A stretch of 56,169 nucleotides of DNA, filler included, from Catajapyx aquilonaris (Eukaryota): assembly GCA_000934665.2 (NCBI GenBank). It is 3 parts of 3 records of this genome, joined end to end, with 100 filler letters (N's around TTAATTAATTAA, not from the genome) between each part and the next. Parts side by side here need not be neighbours in the genome. Positions count along the whole stretch, not along the records: positions 18,628 to 37,261 come from JYFJ02006671.1; positions 37,362 to 56,169 come from JYFJ02006672.1; 1 more part is not named here. One strand, written 5' to 3'. A program made the translations under genes and the position numbers. Below the pieces are notes generated by a model. It did not search any database and was not told the origin of the DNA. It saw only the letters and a program-made list of their open reading frames with translations. The first letter of the stretch is position 1. Each line of letters begins with the position of its first letter. This document shows, piece after piece, positions 24,828 to 38,151 of this stretch.

Positions 24828-27347
24828 CTTTCGTTAGAGCGTCTAACGGTGCTTCCCTAATTTTTACGCGCTAATGAGAGTGTTCGATAGCTCATCGGGG
24901 AATTGTTATCACTGCGGGATCAGATTCCAATAAACCGGAGTTTAAAAGATGCCATTGTCACAATATTATTTGGAAGGTGGCTATAGGCCACAAATTGATA
25001 ATAACTCTGCAGCAATTAATATGGTGGCGGTGTTTATGTAATACATTGCATTAAATGGGGGAGTGCTGTCGCTGCATATTCATCACCTGCGTGGCCAGTT
25101 AATGTGGTACGTGTTATTTGGTAAATAATATTGGCGGTGGTGGGGGTGGGTGCCACACTAAAAATGAGAGCCCAGGTGGAAAGTGCACTGCATTTGGTTC
25201 ATCCATTAACTGCCTGCGCGTGCAATGTCTACAATTGGGGCGATATGGGCATCACAGGCCGCCGGGCGTTTCGTTCTAATAGTTATATAGCGAAACAGAT
25301 TGGGTCAGCAATATCAATCCAGACCCAGCAATGGGCATGTAATTTTAAATTTTACACGGTGTTGCGTCCGACAATATTCTGTTCTCGGAAGTTACCTTTT
25401 TTAACACCAACATCCAATCAAGCGTCCTGTAAAATCGCAGTATAGCTCATTAACTGAGGATGTAGCCCGGAAACAACAAGCACTTGTCACTGAGGCGTAC
25501 AGGATGAATCAAAAGAGCGGAATGTCGGCTTACAGTTGCACAAGCAATAAATCGTTACAATAAATCAAACACCTATACTGTCCGTCTATGTGGCGCTGCC
25601 AGGCACGGTCAGTCGCATTGCCCGATGATTTTAGTGGCGAACGTAGCTATAGGCTACTGTCTCGTCACTTGCCGCCGCAGAACGTTATTGTGGCTGTGCC
25701 AACCAATTATTTCATAAATCAATCACAGTAAACATGCCGAAAAAAACATGTTTCCGATAGCTACAAACTGCAAGTTTCCGGCTAATAATAACTCATCCTA
25801 CACAACACACACTCTCTAGCCTAGAATAGTCCCCTTTGTTTCCNCTGCCTTCCCAACCTATTAAATATTTTTGCAGCTTCCCCATCCGGTTGAAAACAAA
25901 TTACTCCGGCGGTTTTAAAACGCTCATCGCGGAACCCAGAACCAGTTCTCCACAAAACGCAACAGTACTTTTCCGTTATTAATCATATAATCCCCCCGGT
26001 ATGTATATATACTCCAAAACCAACGAGTTATTTCCGATAACAGCACAATGCCTCTTGTTGGAAAGCCATGATATATTTGACATTCCCCCAGTCCTGCTGA
26101 TGAGATAATTATAAGCTTATCTGTGTGTGTATGTACATACACGCACAGTGTTGTTATTTGAGCCTATTGATCCAACCGGAGCACAAACTCTGAAGCACAA
26201 TGTTTACTGGATCCTGACAAAAAAAAAATTGGGGAGGGGGATCACATAGCTAGCTCGGAGCAGTAATTTGAATCGCATTGTTTCACTCGATCGGAGTGCC
26301 TTTGCGGGCAGATTCTTGCTCTAGTTGCTCTTTGGCACATAACTCATGTTTTCGACCCAATTATATAGTGCGCTCCCCTCATTAATCATGCAAATGCCTC
26401 CGTTAACGAGCATTGCAAGTGGGTGGTAGGGTGGGGGCAAAAAAAAAAGGGTGCTTTGGGAGAGAGTATGATTTTTTTAACCGGTAATCAAGATAAAAGC
26501 TTTGGGTCTGATCCGTCTCTATGCGGTTGAAATGTATCCAAACATAAATAATGAGTTCACACACCTATGTTTTTAATTACCCTAATTATCTGCAGCGTAG
26601 CCAGGTAGAATGTTTCCATTAGTTGCGCAAAGTGAGTTCCGATTAGCAGTTTTAAACGAGCTATTTTTCAACGCATTGTGTCATGCATCAGAAGGTACGC
26701 AAAAAAAGTACTATTCAATGTAATGATACATTAATGTTGTACTCTATTGTTTAAACCGACTGTGCGCGTTGTCTATAAAACATATGGAAGGATTCGGTGT
26801 TGCCAATGTGACGTTCAAAAATAATATACATGAACCAGTTTCCTCTCTCAGCATTGCAGGCTGTTTCAATTTACCTCTCCAATGGAGATTATTATTTTCC
26901 GGCTCAAAGTGTATCAGTATCAATTAGTGGCAGTGTAGCAACAATGCCATTAATTTTATGAATTGGAACACGGTGTAAAACAAGCGTGCCATTTTGCAAT
27001 TTACCATGGCGATATACATATTGCAAAATGAAGCCATTCAGAAACCAATATCCCCCCCCCCCCCCTCCATGCAATAATAAGCTCACAGACGGCCAGGTCA
27101 GTACAGTGTGTTTCAGATGAACTGTATTATTTTGGTGCTCTGTAATATTATAGACCACTAGTAGCGGACTCGTTGCCAAATTTTGGCAACACTGCCTGGC
27201 CTGGACGTAGTACGATATGACACTACTAGGTGGCGCACATGTTCCTTCTCTGCACACTACTGCCACTCTCAGCATGCACGTTGGTGATGAGTCATTCCCA
27301 CCTGGTTGCTATAACCAGCACGTGTCTCGCTCCGTTCTCTGACCGCT

Positions 27348-27578
27348 ATATCTGCCGTCAGATGTGAGAGGACCGTAACTCATTATCCACTTCCCTTGCG
27401 GCGAGAAAAGAAAGCAAGTGTTACCGAAAGCATCGAAGAGGTGGCGTTGGGGACAGGGGGAAAAAGGAATGGCATCCCAACTCCACCTGTTGGGTGCTTT
27501 TGGTACCACTGGTTTTTTTCTCGCCGCAAGGGGAAGTGGACATTGAGTTACGGTCTTCTCATATCTGACGGCAGATAT
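27348..27578. mobile_element. Fold-back MITE
   Basis: ATATCTGCCGTCAGATGTGAGAGGACCGTAACTCA... is inverted with ...TGAGTTACGGTCTTCTCATATCTGACGGCAGATAT; pairing continues almost to the centre. Confidence 0.85.
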
Positions 27579-30199
27579 GTCCTCTTAATAATGGTTGCAC
27601 TGCAAAAATGAAATCTACGGTAATGAGTCAACACGGACAGACAGAATAAGGTGATTATTATACATATCAAGACACCAACAGTGATTGATACTATTTTTCC
27701 TCTCCACTTTTGCCAGCCTTGCCCTTACACGCGGCGCCTAACGATGCAGAATATCATTTTTTTTAAAAAAAAAAGAGGGGGGGCATCGAGGTGACAGACT
27801 TATCCTGGAGTAAGCAGGTATACTCCTTTGAGCAAGGGTTGGGAGGTGTTAGGCCCTTGGTTTGATCGATGAGAAGAGCGATGCAAGTTGGTGCAAAAAG
27901 TCTGACGTGCCAGGCCCTGATTTATAGTGGTCGAAGAAGCCTGACAGCTACACTATCCCCCCCCCCCCCCACCCANCCCACCCAACCAAGAGAGGAGGTC
28001 CAGCACCTCTTTTTTTTCTATCAAGCCAACACAGCAACACAGATGCTGAGGGGAAAGTCTCTCCCCCTCTTCTAAGAAACTGAAAAAAAAGTCCTGAGAA
28101 AGCAGTATATCAGGCATTGAGTGACCTGGGTCCCTTCCCCTAACCTTATCCAGGGCGCGTCCCACCCATTTGCTTTCAAGGACCACGAGCCAGCAGATAA
28201 GACCTCTTCCTTTTTTTCCTCTTCTCTTCCTGCTCTTTTTCCTTTTATCTTCTCTCAAGGCAAGCAGACAGTCCGCTTTTCTTCGCCACTACAACTACTC
28301 ACTGGCTTCTAGACTTGTCTGCTATAGTGGGGGGGAGCTCTTCTCTTAGTTCTGCCCGTGGATTTTCAAGCCCAACTCTCGGAATTAAATTACAGGGTGC
28401 GTTAGGTCCATTAAAGTGTCGCAGGACATTTCCCATCGCTCTGGGATAAGAGAGCCGGGCTGAAATGTTTCCGATACACTTGCCCAGGAATTAAGTCACA
28501 CTCGGCAGTTTTGTCGGCTTGATATAACTTTTCGTCGTCTCCGAGTTCATTTAGCTTCTGGTGATATTATGTGATAACAAGTGCTAAAACTAACCTCAAA
28601 TCGTAAAATAATTAGGCACAACACAAACATGTTCTGTACAAACTATTTTTTTTGTAGTTGCTGTACTGTAAGGATTGCAGCGAGAGTTCTGAGAACGGGC
28701 TCGCATATTTTCCCCCTAGAAAGTAGCAATGTTGCTGCAGGAATGCTACACCAAAACAGTGAGCAGAATTAATGTTTTATAAAAAATTTTGCTGTTTTAG
28801 TTTCAAAACTGTGCTGGTACATCAAGGGAGGGGGGTTCTACGCAACAGAAATCCCAAATTCATTACACAGTCCACTCACTGTAACTCTGGATTTACTTTG
28901 TAAAGAGGATGTGCTGTATATATACGAGCATAATTTTTTTTTTCAAAGTAGTAATTTGGCTTTGCAATACTGATTCGCCGCAAGATAACAAAAAAAAAAT
29001 CCTCTCAACATCCCGCACCGCATTAAATGTTGATGCATGCGCTGAAAATTATTGTGGATTTACTCTCAATACCATTTCAAACAGCTTTGCATAATGGATC
29101 CCAGCTCTGCACGACTCTTATCTGGCCTCTATCGCAGCGGTTTTACGCCCACTGTAGCAAGTCATATCAAGTTTATCATATACACGCATTTCCCACATTT
29201 ACAATCACAAGAGTTGGAATTAACCGCCCCCATCAATCGGGAAGAAGAAGCAACAATGTGACCATGGCCATGTGTTCAAATATCAATTTCTTTGCGGTTT
29301 TTTTGTGATGTTTTATTGGGTTTATTTCAGCAGGGGAATGTTGTGTGGGTTTGAATTTGAATTCAGGGTTGCATTTCCCCAGACTTGTTCCTGCAGCTGA
29401 AAGGCCTCCAATCACGAGCATGGCTTACGGATCGTCGGAGGGGACGAAAACGCAATAAATAGGCCCTCGGAGTGGACATTTGTCGATTCCATTATCTGCT
29501 TTCCATGTGGCCGCTGCTGCTTTTCCAAACCAGCCCCAGCTCTCGGGGGGGTCCCGGATTTATGCTTAATTACCTGGAGCAGTGGATTGGAAAGAGTGCA
29601 GTGCGTGTGGACCCTACCGATCTATCTCACTTCCCTAACTTTGCAGATTAAGTGCGCAAATTCTGGCTCTCCAAAAAAAAAAAAAACATCAGGAACTCTC
29701 GGGTTATAGGACTGCAATGCGGCCAACTCTTCCATCTATGAAACACCACTTCCTACTCGGCAGCCTCCGGGATCCTCGCAGCATCTGCTTGCAATTCTCC
29801 GGAGCGTAATGATCGCACTCCCATCCGCACCCCATCTCTACATATTTTTTTGGAGGGGTGTGATGCGAAAATATATGTTCCGCTCCCATCATATAGAGAC
29901 GTCTGAATTGACAAGCTCCCATCTCCCAGGCATCTACCAGTCCTCCTCGCAAATGGGATTTGGTTGTTAAGAAACCGGATGGCTCCGGGTTAGAATCCGG
30001 GGTTTTCGCGGTTCTATTCTCTGCTGTGCGAAACCATTTTCTGCAAACACCAACGGGGGAGAGATGATGCTAACACGCAGTTTCTGGGTGTACACACCTG
30101 TCGGTTACATGCAATATTCTGAAGGGGTGTAAATAGGATTTTGCCCGAATCCGTGAAGTGAGCAACTGTGCAAATACATGTGCTGGGCATTAATGATGT

Positions 30200-30470
30200 C
30201 GTACTGGTGGCGCCACGAGCCATTGGCCGCAAAAAAGCGAAACTTACCTCCGTATGACCACCTTCACTTGATTTATGAAAATGGCCATGTACAGAGGGCA
30301 AATTATTTTCGATTTGCTATTTTGGTGTCGTATACTTGTGAGCTGAAGACGGTAAAAGAGCGAATGGAAAGTTGCCTCCTTATGACCACCTTTAATTGAT
30401 TCAAGTGAAGGTGGTCGTTCGGAGGGAACCCTATTTTTTCCGCCATGACTCGTGGCGCCGCAAGTATAAT
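30200..30470. mobile_element. Older MITE with ~75-bp imperfect inverted arms
   Basis: GGCGCCACGAGCCAT...GACCACCTTCACTTGA versus TCAAGTGAAGGTGGTC...ATGACTCGTGGCGCC. Confidence 0.7.
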
Positions 30471-31144
30471 GTCCATACAGACAACACCCGTCCTCCTACC
30501 TGGAAAGAACGAATGGCGTGGGATTAAAGTTGAGCCTGTAAAGGTGTGGCGAGAATGAAGTCGCCGCATTAGAGTGGCCAATTCAAGTCTGTCGACTTGA
30601 GCCAGATTGGTTCCTCCAGGCTAAGAATTTTCTTCCGCGCTATCAGATTTTCCTCGAGAGGTACCAACCGGTATAGGTTGGAATAAAGAAGAAAGGAAAG
30701 GGGGTTAAAAAAAAAGGAATTGGAAGGGAAGGCCCATTCCTGGCAGACGACCGGAAGCATTATGATAAGACGATCGGTGCCTGAGCCGACTGCCTAATCC
30801 TTAGCCCACAGGTGGAAGTAACGATTGGTCCCATCGGAATAACTTGGGAACCACCTGCTAGGTACTCCAAACTCAGGTACCTCCACTCAGCGACACAGAT
30901 TTTGCCTTAATTTACGGGGAGGGCCTTCTAATGTTTACTGCCGCATAAATCGGCTCCAGTCCCAGAGAAAATTAGAAACAAATTGATTGGATTACCAAGC
31001 GCCTGAAGCTCGGGGGAAAAAAAAATCATTAAGCTCGATCTGACTTGTGGGAGCAACGTCAGCGCAAATTGGACACGAGCCGACTTGATTCGGGGAATAA
31101 CCCCTTTATTTCGAGGATTTTTTTTTACTGCCCCAAGGTTCACT

Positions 31145-31302
31145 AGCCATATACACATCAAGTTCACTCGCAATCGACAAAGTCGATTGACCTCAAAATG
31201 ACGTCGCCAATTCTCCTCCACCTGCCCTGGTCGGCATTGGCGACGTCATTTTGACGTCAATCGACTTTGTCGATTGCGAGTGACCTTGATGAGTATATGG
31301 CT
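31145..31302. mobile_element. Hairpin MITE, 66-bp arms and 26-nt loop
   Basis: 31145-31210 is nearly the exact reverse complement of 31237-31302; each arm contains the nested palindrome CAATCGAC...GTCGATTG. Confidence 0.85.
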
Positions 31303-34300
31303 CCAGGAACATATGGAAACAGTCATGAATTTCCATTGACAAAAATGGTGTTGCACTTTTCTGTGCGCCTGCTGGTTATGCTGTTCATTGTACAAGGGTG
31401 CTGTTGCCTAGCAGTCCAGGATGCCACTCGAGTATAGGAGCCTGTGATTTTTCACAGATTGTCCAAGCTGCGTATATAGGAGGCGTAAACCCCAGCCGAT
31501 GTTTCGGAAACACAAACCTTATCTACCCCCATCCCAAAATGCACACATGTGGAAATCCCACTCGGGCGCCCCAGACTTTTCCGCTCCACCAATCCCACCA
31601 CAAATGGCAGGCCGCACTATCATTGTGAGTTCAAATATATATAAAAAAAGAGAGACAGGACCTGGTGGGTTGGAAAGGGAAAGAGGCCAGTTCCCTAGTC
31701 ATCTAATCCCAATTCACGAGCTCAATCAAGCCGACGGCATTCATACCCCAAGAGCCGAGTGGGGGAAACGGTAGAAGCAAACATAAGTTGAATTGAATGG
31801 TAACCAAAAAAATAAACCCTAACAGTATATTTAGCTTTTGGTTCTGCTAATATTTAAATTATTCCCCCCCCCCCCGCCTTCACGATTTTTCTGGTACGTG
31901 TCGGAAAGTCTGCACTTGACGGATCCCATAACTTCCGCACAAACACCACGAGGCTATTTGCATTTCCCCCTTTATTGGCTGAGTGATGAAAACCTGAAGG
32001 CTTATTTGCATACATCGAGGATATTGGCAATATAGTCTCGGGAAATCTCGGAGACAACAGTAGCTGCTTAACCAATCTTTTTGACATATATGATGTGAGT
32101 AAGTTGCGACTCCTGGGTATACATAGTGTACCACCTCTTCATCTTTAATAATAATAAAAATGTGCTATCGGTTTTCAGAGCCAAAATCCCCCCTGAGGCC
32201 ATTAAATTCATGAGCCCGGACAGGTTAAAAGCTGGGAGGGGAAAACCCCGGCTGCATATTTTGCCAATGTAGTGTTAGCCAGGGTCTATGTAATTTGTCA
32301 ATAGGTTATTAATAATTACCGAAGGGCTAATTTACAGTAATTACAATGCACTGCTGGACGGAAATGACATATGGACCGCTTCCAACTGGGGTCCCCCTAA
32401 TCAGGGGCATTATTAGGGGGTGGGCTTGATTTTTATTATTTTGGCGGAGAGCTGATTTAGCGCCGCAATTGACATATTTTTAAAGCGGAATTCGATGCGT
32501 TTTTGCGCAGAAACATTTGATTTAACAACCGTTCGTTAAAATTGTGTTGGGTTGGATACATTGGAAGCGGGGAGGGGCTTTAAAAAAAAATAAAAGGCAA
32601 CACTTTGTGAGCCATGCAAATTTCATTGGGCGCATCGCCAGCCTTTGAAGACCGTTGCACTAAAGGGGTATAAATTTGTTTCCCCCGGACAGCGGTATCC
32701 ATAACATATTTACGGTGCTCGCACACCAAACTAACGCTCCCAACAAGAGAAATAAATGGGCATTTAAAGCGCGTTTATGGTGCTGAAACGTCGGCAAACA
32801 AACAGCGAAAGAGGAGGACCGGGGTCTATCACACGCCAGTTATCGCACCGCGATATGGGTTAGATATACAGGGTTTTAAAAGCTAGGAAAATGCCTCTCT
32901 CATTTTTTTTGGTTGGCAAGGAGAGCTCGTTAAATATAGTGTAGGAATTATCTGTCGAAAAGCGAACACTGAACCGCACAGTCAAAACTAAAACGGTGAG
33001 AAATATTTTAGATATAATGGGGTTTAAAAATTCGTCATTATTTTTAAATGAATTTTGGCGTTTTTTTTGTTTGAAGAAGTACGTATAGTTTTCGAGCTAT
33101 GGTCGATCTAAGATCATATACGGTATCGTCCTGCCCTCTGACGTCACTGTGGTTAGGCAGGAGTGGGAATGCGCCCTTTAGGCCACGCCCCATTTTCCAT
33201 CCAAATTGAGTGACTTTTTATTTTATCGAGGACATTTTTGGTGCTGAAAAGTTGATTGTACAGTATTGTATGGTTGATCTATTTGTCTTCCCAAATTATC
33301 CAAGACCCCATTGTTTCATTGCTACAGTGTGTCCAACTGACTTGTTCCTACTTCAGTACATGAGCCATATAACCTGTTGGATCTACTGGTCATATTTCAT
33401 GGAAGCTCTTTAATTTAGTGACGGCGCTAAAATAAACACGCTAACTCTGAAAGGACTGCGCCCTTTCCTGTATAACGTCTGAAGTTAACCGCAACTTCAG
33501 GTCCCCACGTTTGCGCCACTGATTCGACTCGGACAGCTCTGCACATCACGTACAAAGTACAAAAAAAAGTATAAAAAAAGAGAGAGAGAGTGGGCCCAGG
33601 CATGACGGGTCCAACTTTTAACTACACCCTCGCAGCTCGGAGTTTAACCTTGTTACGCCCCAAAATTAAGCCACAAATTACCAGCCCGCTAAAGATAAAA
33701 TTAGACTCCAGCTACCGCGTTCGTTATCCTTCACGTGTGTGACACTAAACGGCCGCGGCGAGGGAAAATTATGCCTGACGGATCAGCCGTTTTCGACTTT
33801 TGCCCGAGCAAAAACCCTGGACTCATCATGTAATCACATTCGGTGGTCATATCGCAACATCCCAATTGCACCCCCAAAAAAATAATGATCCGAAAAATTA
33901 CATTGGATAGACGACGTTTTTGCAATTTTTTGGGGAAAATATTGATGCAATGGTGCAGTCTCTTAGAGACCTGAGAACAACCGGTTGTAGTTGTGGTGTG
34001 CCCTAGTGTCAGAAACACTTGTTCCAGAGAGGTGGCAGCATTGGGGGGGGAGACGTATTAATAGAGACGTCCATTAGTCGCTGGGCTTTGGCAAACTGGG
34101 TTGGCAGCTACCAGGATTGAGTCTCCCTGCTCTTTCCGGTGCGAGCATATTTGAATTGCCGCTAATGAGTCCGCAGAGTCGGACGTGCCGGGAGGGGAAA
34201 ACCTCCCCTAAGGCAGGCAGGGCAGGGGAAAGTCAAGGAAACTGGGAAAAACCAGGGATTCATCATCGACCAACTTGCGGAGGACACACATCATCGAAAT

Positions 34301-34949
34301 TGGCCTCTGTTTGTCCAGGTAGTACCACTACCCTTCACACCGCCTGACAGTGGCAGTAGTGTGGAGTTCTTTCAAAATATAATCAGGCTGCACTTATCTC
34401 CTTGTAGCAGCCAACTAAGCGCTCAATTATTTAATCACAGCCTAAACCGAAACAGGGTACAAGTGGAGAGAGGGAGGGCTTTAGGAAGGCCTCTACAGAC
34501 CCAAACGCAGCGTACAAAAGTGGTGTGGGGTGGGTGGGATCGGAGGGGTGGGTTTCAGGTATTTGGGCCAGACCCAAACCCGCAACACAGGCCACTCCCC
34601 TGCTCGCTAACAGAGTTACAAGTTGACTTGAGCGATCCGAGACTTGATTATGGCTAATCCGATTACACAACCCACTTGAGTCAATGAGGCTGACGTTAGC
34701 GCTGCAACCGACGGTCGCATGACTGGGCATTTCGTTGGTTCACAAGGTTCCCTGTGTGACCTCACCGCCCTGAAATGACCACTGGACCGGGTGAAAGGTG
34801 TCAAGTGGTCACTACAACAAACATCCTCCCATCCACCTTCAAAATCCAAACACTATCGGCAACTTTATCACTCTTAATAATTTAACGGACTTTCCACCAT
34901 CTCTAGTCATAACCAGAATGTAAGGCGGATAGAGTGAACCGGACCGCTT

Positions 34950-35348
34950 CCCTGACCGCCAATTGCCTTTACCGCCAACACACATGTTCCTTTACCGCCA
35001 AAAGTTTTAACCGCCTATTTCCTTTACCGCCAACACACACTTTCCTTTACCGCCAAAAGTCCTGACCGCCTATTTCCTTTACCGCCAACGCACATTTTCC
35101 TTTACCGCCAATTTTCAGGCAAACCGGAAGTTGGCCATGAAACTTATTTATGGACAGCTGAATCCGAATCCGAAAACCGTTTGTCGATATCTCTTGCGGT
35201 TTAGGTCCTGATACATGTCCACAGACAGACGGACAGATCCGTTCTATAAGCCTTTTTCTCGATGAGAAAAAGTATAAAAGGCAAAGTTTGTTTGTCCAGG
35301 TTTGGTACCATGGCAACTGGGTTCGAAACGAACGGGTTTCGCTGCTAG
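34950..35348 (+). mobile_element. Non-autonomous Helitron-like element with CCTTTACCGCCAA tandem repeats
   Basis: Tandem repeats 34960-35112, ACAGACAGACGGACAGA tract, 3' hairpin-like sequence and CTAG/T end at 35345-35349. Confidence 0.55.
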
Positions 35349-36249
35349 TTACGATGCAAAAACGAAGAAAATAGGGGCGATTTAAGACGCATTTTAAAAC
35401 GGATTAAATGTTGGCTTCCTCCCCATGGGAACAATTATGTTATTTTTTAGCATCGTGTTTTAATGCCAGTGTGATTTGCTGACATTAAAGCAGGATTGCG
35501 GAGTATTTAAATCGGATTTGCTTCAAAGTATACACCGGGTTTAAGAGGTTGTTTCTACCCCCCTCCTCCGGCTGTGTAAATTAAATCCGAAGCCTCATTA
35601 CCCGATCCCGCTATTTATGCCTTCCCCGTATCCCGGAGGGCAGCAAAGATAAAGCCTTGCAGTGCTATATAAGTACAGTCTTGGCTTATGTTATCGAGCA
35701 GCAGCAGTTCCCAATTTGCACAACTAGACGCCCATGGGCACTGCAACACGAAGCGTGAAAATACGCGGTTTGTAATTAGAGATTCCAGGTACAGTGCATG
35801 GGAGATGGCAAGGTAAACATGGCATTACACATGAGGGTGAAGCCCGGGCTAACTAACGTGTGAAGAAGGTTTGCCCAGATATTCTATATATGCGGATGTG
35901 GTCCGGTTTCCGCTTCCGGAGAGTCAACACGTGGATTTTCAGCTTCTGCCTGACTAATACGTCTCGTAGGAATAACCGCCGGGGCCTTGTATGTGCAGCT
36001 ACTTACTGGGATTACCCGCAGAACTGGCTCGTAATTCTTTTGGCTGACTGGTCCACGCCGCATGATAACACACGGGCATGGGAAACGTCGCCTCTATCCT
36101 ACGTATATACGTCTAAAATGTCAACAACACATCATCATACTATAGAATTGGCTCGATTATGTGCCTCTGCCCGAGTCATCAGCTAAGAGATTTTTTTACG
36201 AACTCAACCGAATGCGCACCCACACTCGCGCACTCACACAGGCGCGCAT

Positions 36250-36480
36250 CCCTATCCTTGTGAGGTTTTTCCAAAATTTAAAATTTAAAACTAACCTAAC
36301 CTACAAAAAACACCAAATTTTGGGGAAATATATTTTTACTGTCTTTATGAGGTATTTGTCGATTTTTCCCTATCCTTGTGAGGCGAGTGTTCACTATGAG
36401 GTACAAGAAAACTACCTCGTAATGACAAATTTCCTCACGAGGATAGGAAAACGCGCAAACACACTCCTCACAAGGATGGC
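36250..36480. mobile_element. Small element inserted in the dispersed repeat at 36205-36640
   Basis: TATCCTTGTGAGG twice and its reverse complement twice; CTAACCTAACCT tract; interrupts the family also seen at 13863 and 51253. Confidence 0.65.
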
Positions 36481-36690
36481 AATGCGCGTCCAATGTTGCC
36501 AGCATTACTCCCCAGGTGCACAATAATTCACCCATAACCTGGTTTATTCCAGAGCATTGGCAACGTCGCAAACGTCGGCCATATTGTTTCTTCCCCAAGC
36601 GTAGCGTTGGAAATAAGTGAAGCGCAGTACACCAACTATACAGAGTAGGGTGGTCAGACGGTGTGAAGTGTAATGTGCAGAAGCTATATA

Positions 36691-37005
36691 CATAGTGTTC
36701 CAACATTTTTGTCCGAACAGTTATCGGAAAGCTGCTACTTTGTAAGCAGTGACTTGCAAACGGTGATTTTTCGGAGGAACGGGGAATATTCCCTGCGAAT
36801 CGTAGGTTGAAGTGGTATACGTGCTGCCCGCTGAAAATTGAGGGTCAAGCCTGGAAAAAGAGGGTCACACATGCCATGGGACCCTCTTTTTCCCCATTCC
36901 CCATTCCTCCGACGAATCACCGGTTACAAGTCACTGCTTACAAAGTAGCAGCTACGTGCAATTTTCCGATATAACTGTTCGGACAAAAAAAGTTGAAACA
37001 CCCTG
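36691..37005. mobile_element. Tc1/mariner-type MITE with TA TSD
   Basis: TA-CATAGTGTTCCAACATTTTTGTCCGAACAGTTATCGGAAA... is inverted with ...TTTCCGATATAACTGTTCGGACAAAAAAAGTTGAAACACCCTG-TA; arms ~100 bp. Confidence 0.85.
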
Positions 37006-37261
37006 TATATTTACGAGGGATACGGTACTGCGTGGACAAATCACTCGATATCGCTCAGAATCTGAATGTCTCGAGTGTTTAGAGAGGAAACACCGAGAGC
37101 TGCAATAAACAACCGGCGCGATGACTAGGTTGCATAACATACGGCACGCCTCCTAACGAGCTTTCCGGATCTATCCCCACCGGATCTATACACTACTCCG
37201 GGGGCTAAAATAAACGGAAGGTTGGAAAATAGCAGCAAACGTTGGTCGAGCTTGCACATTC

Positions 37262-37361
37262 NNNNNNNNNNNNNNNNNNNNNNNNNNNNNNNNNNNNNNN
37301 NNNNNTTAATTAATTAANNNNNNNNNNNNNNNNNNNNNNNNNNNNNNNNNNNNNNNNNNNN
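37262..37361. other. Assembly gap with TTAATTAATTAA linker
   Basis: Same layout as the gap at 18528. Confidence 0.95.
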
Positions 37362-37454
37362 CCATAATTATGTCAAAGGTTACTACCAAATCAATGACTT
37401 ACACCTACATGGAAAAGTATTTCATAACCCGAGCAACGCCGGGTATCCTGCTAG
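37362..37454 (+). mobile_element. Helitron 3' terminus
   Basis: CCCGAGCAACGCCGGG hairpin, then TATCCTG-CTAG followed by T; ~90 bp homologous to the reverse complement of 14982-15072. Confidence 0.85.
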
Positions 37455-37976
37455 TAATAATAATAAAAATGAAGTTAATTGGATCTGATCACGCCATCGG
37501 AAAAATATGCGATTTTTGTATGCACAACTTGAGACAGGTCATGTCACGACAGTGAGGGTTCCAAAATTACTCCAGCAAGCTATTTTTGAAGGAGGAGCCG
37601 TTGATTAGCCCCCAAGGGCGTAGCCATCCATTGTGACTTGTCATTGGGACAAGAAGGTTAATAAGGAGCCGGATTCTTCCCATGTGTGTGTGTTTTTTTT
37701 TTAAAGCGTGTTCGACTAAAAATTTGTGCAATTTCCGGGGTCGTTAATACACACCCACAAAAAAAAAAAACTTGTTTCATTATGCACCAAGACTGGTTTT
37801 TGCAGGAGTGCAAGCAAGGACAACCAGTTGCAACAGAGCAGGTGCATGGAGCCTATTCCGATTATAGAAAAAAAATCGTGTCTGTCTGCAGGCGAAATTT
37901 TGTCGGCCAGTCAGCCACACAAAAAGTATCTGATTAGGTTCAATATAATTGCTTAGGGCAAATCGGCCATATATAT

Positions 37977-38151
37977 ATTTTTGATGGCAGATTCGCCCCC
38001 CACTTTTTTTGATGGCAGAATTTGACCCCCACGTTTTTTGATGGGCAAAATTCGTCCCCCACTTTTTTTGATGGGCAGAATTCGCCCCCCACGTTTTTTG
38101 ATGGGCAGAATTCGCCCCCCACTTTTTTTGATGGGCGGAATTCGCCCCCCA
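37977..38151. repeat. 30-bp tandem repeat, about 6 copies
   Basis: Unit approximately TTTTTTGATGGGCAGAATTCGCCCCCCACG. Confidence 0.95.

Noticed and set aside
37977..38151. 30-bp repeats as a possible CRISPR array
   Set aside because: Head-to-tail units without unique spacers, eukaryotic context, no cas genes.
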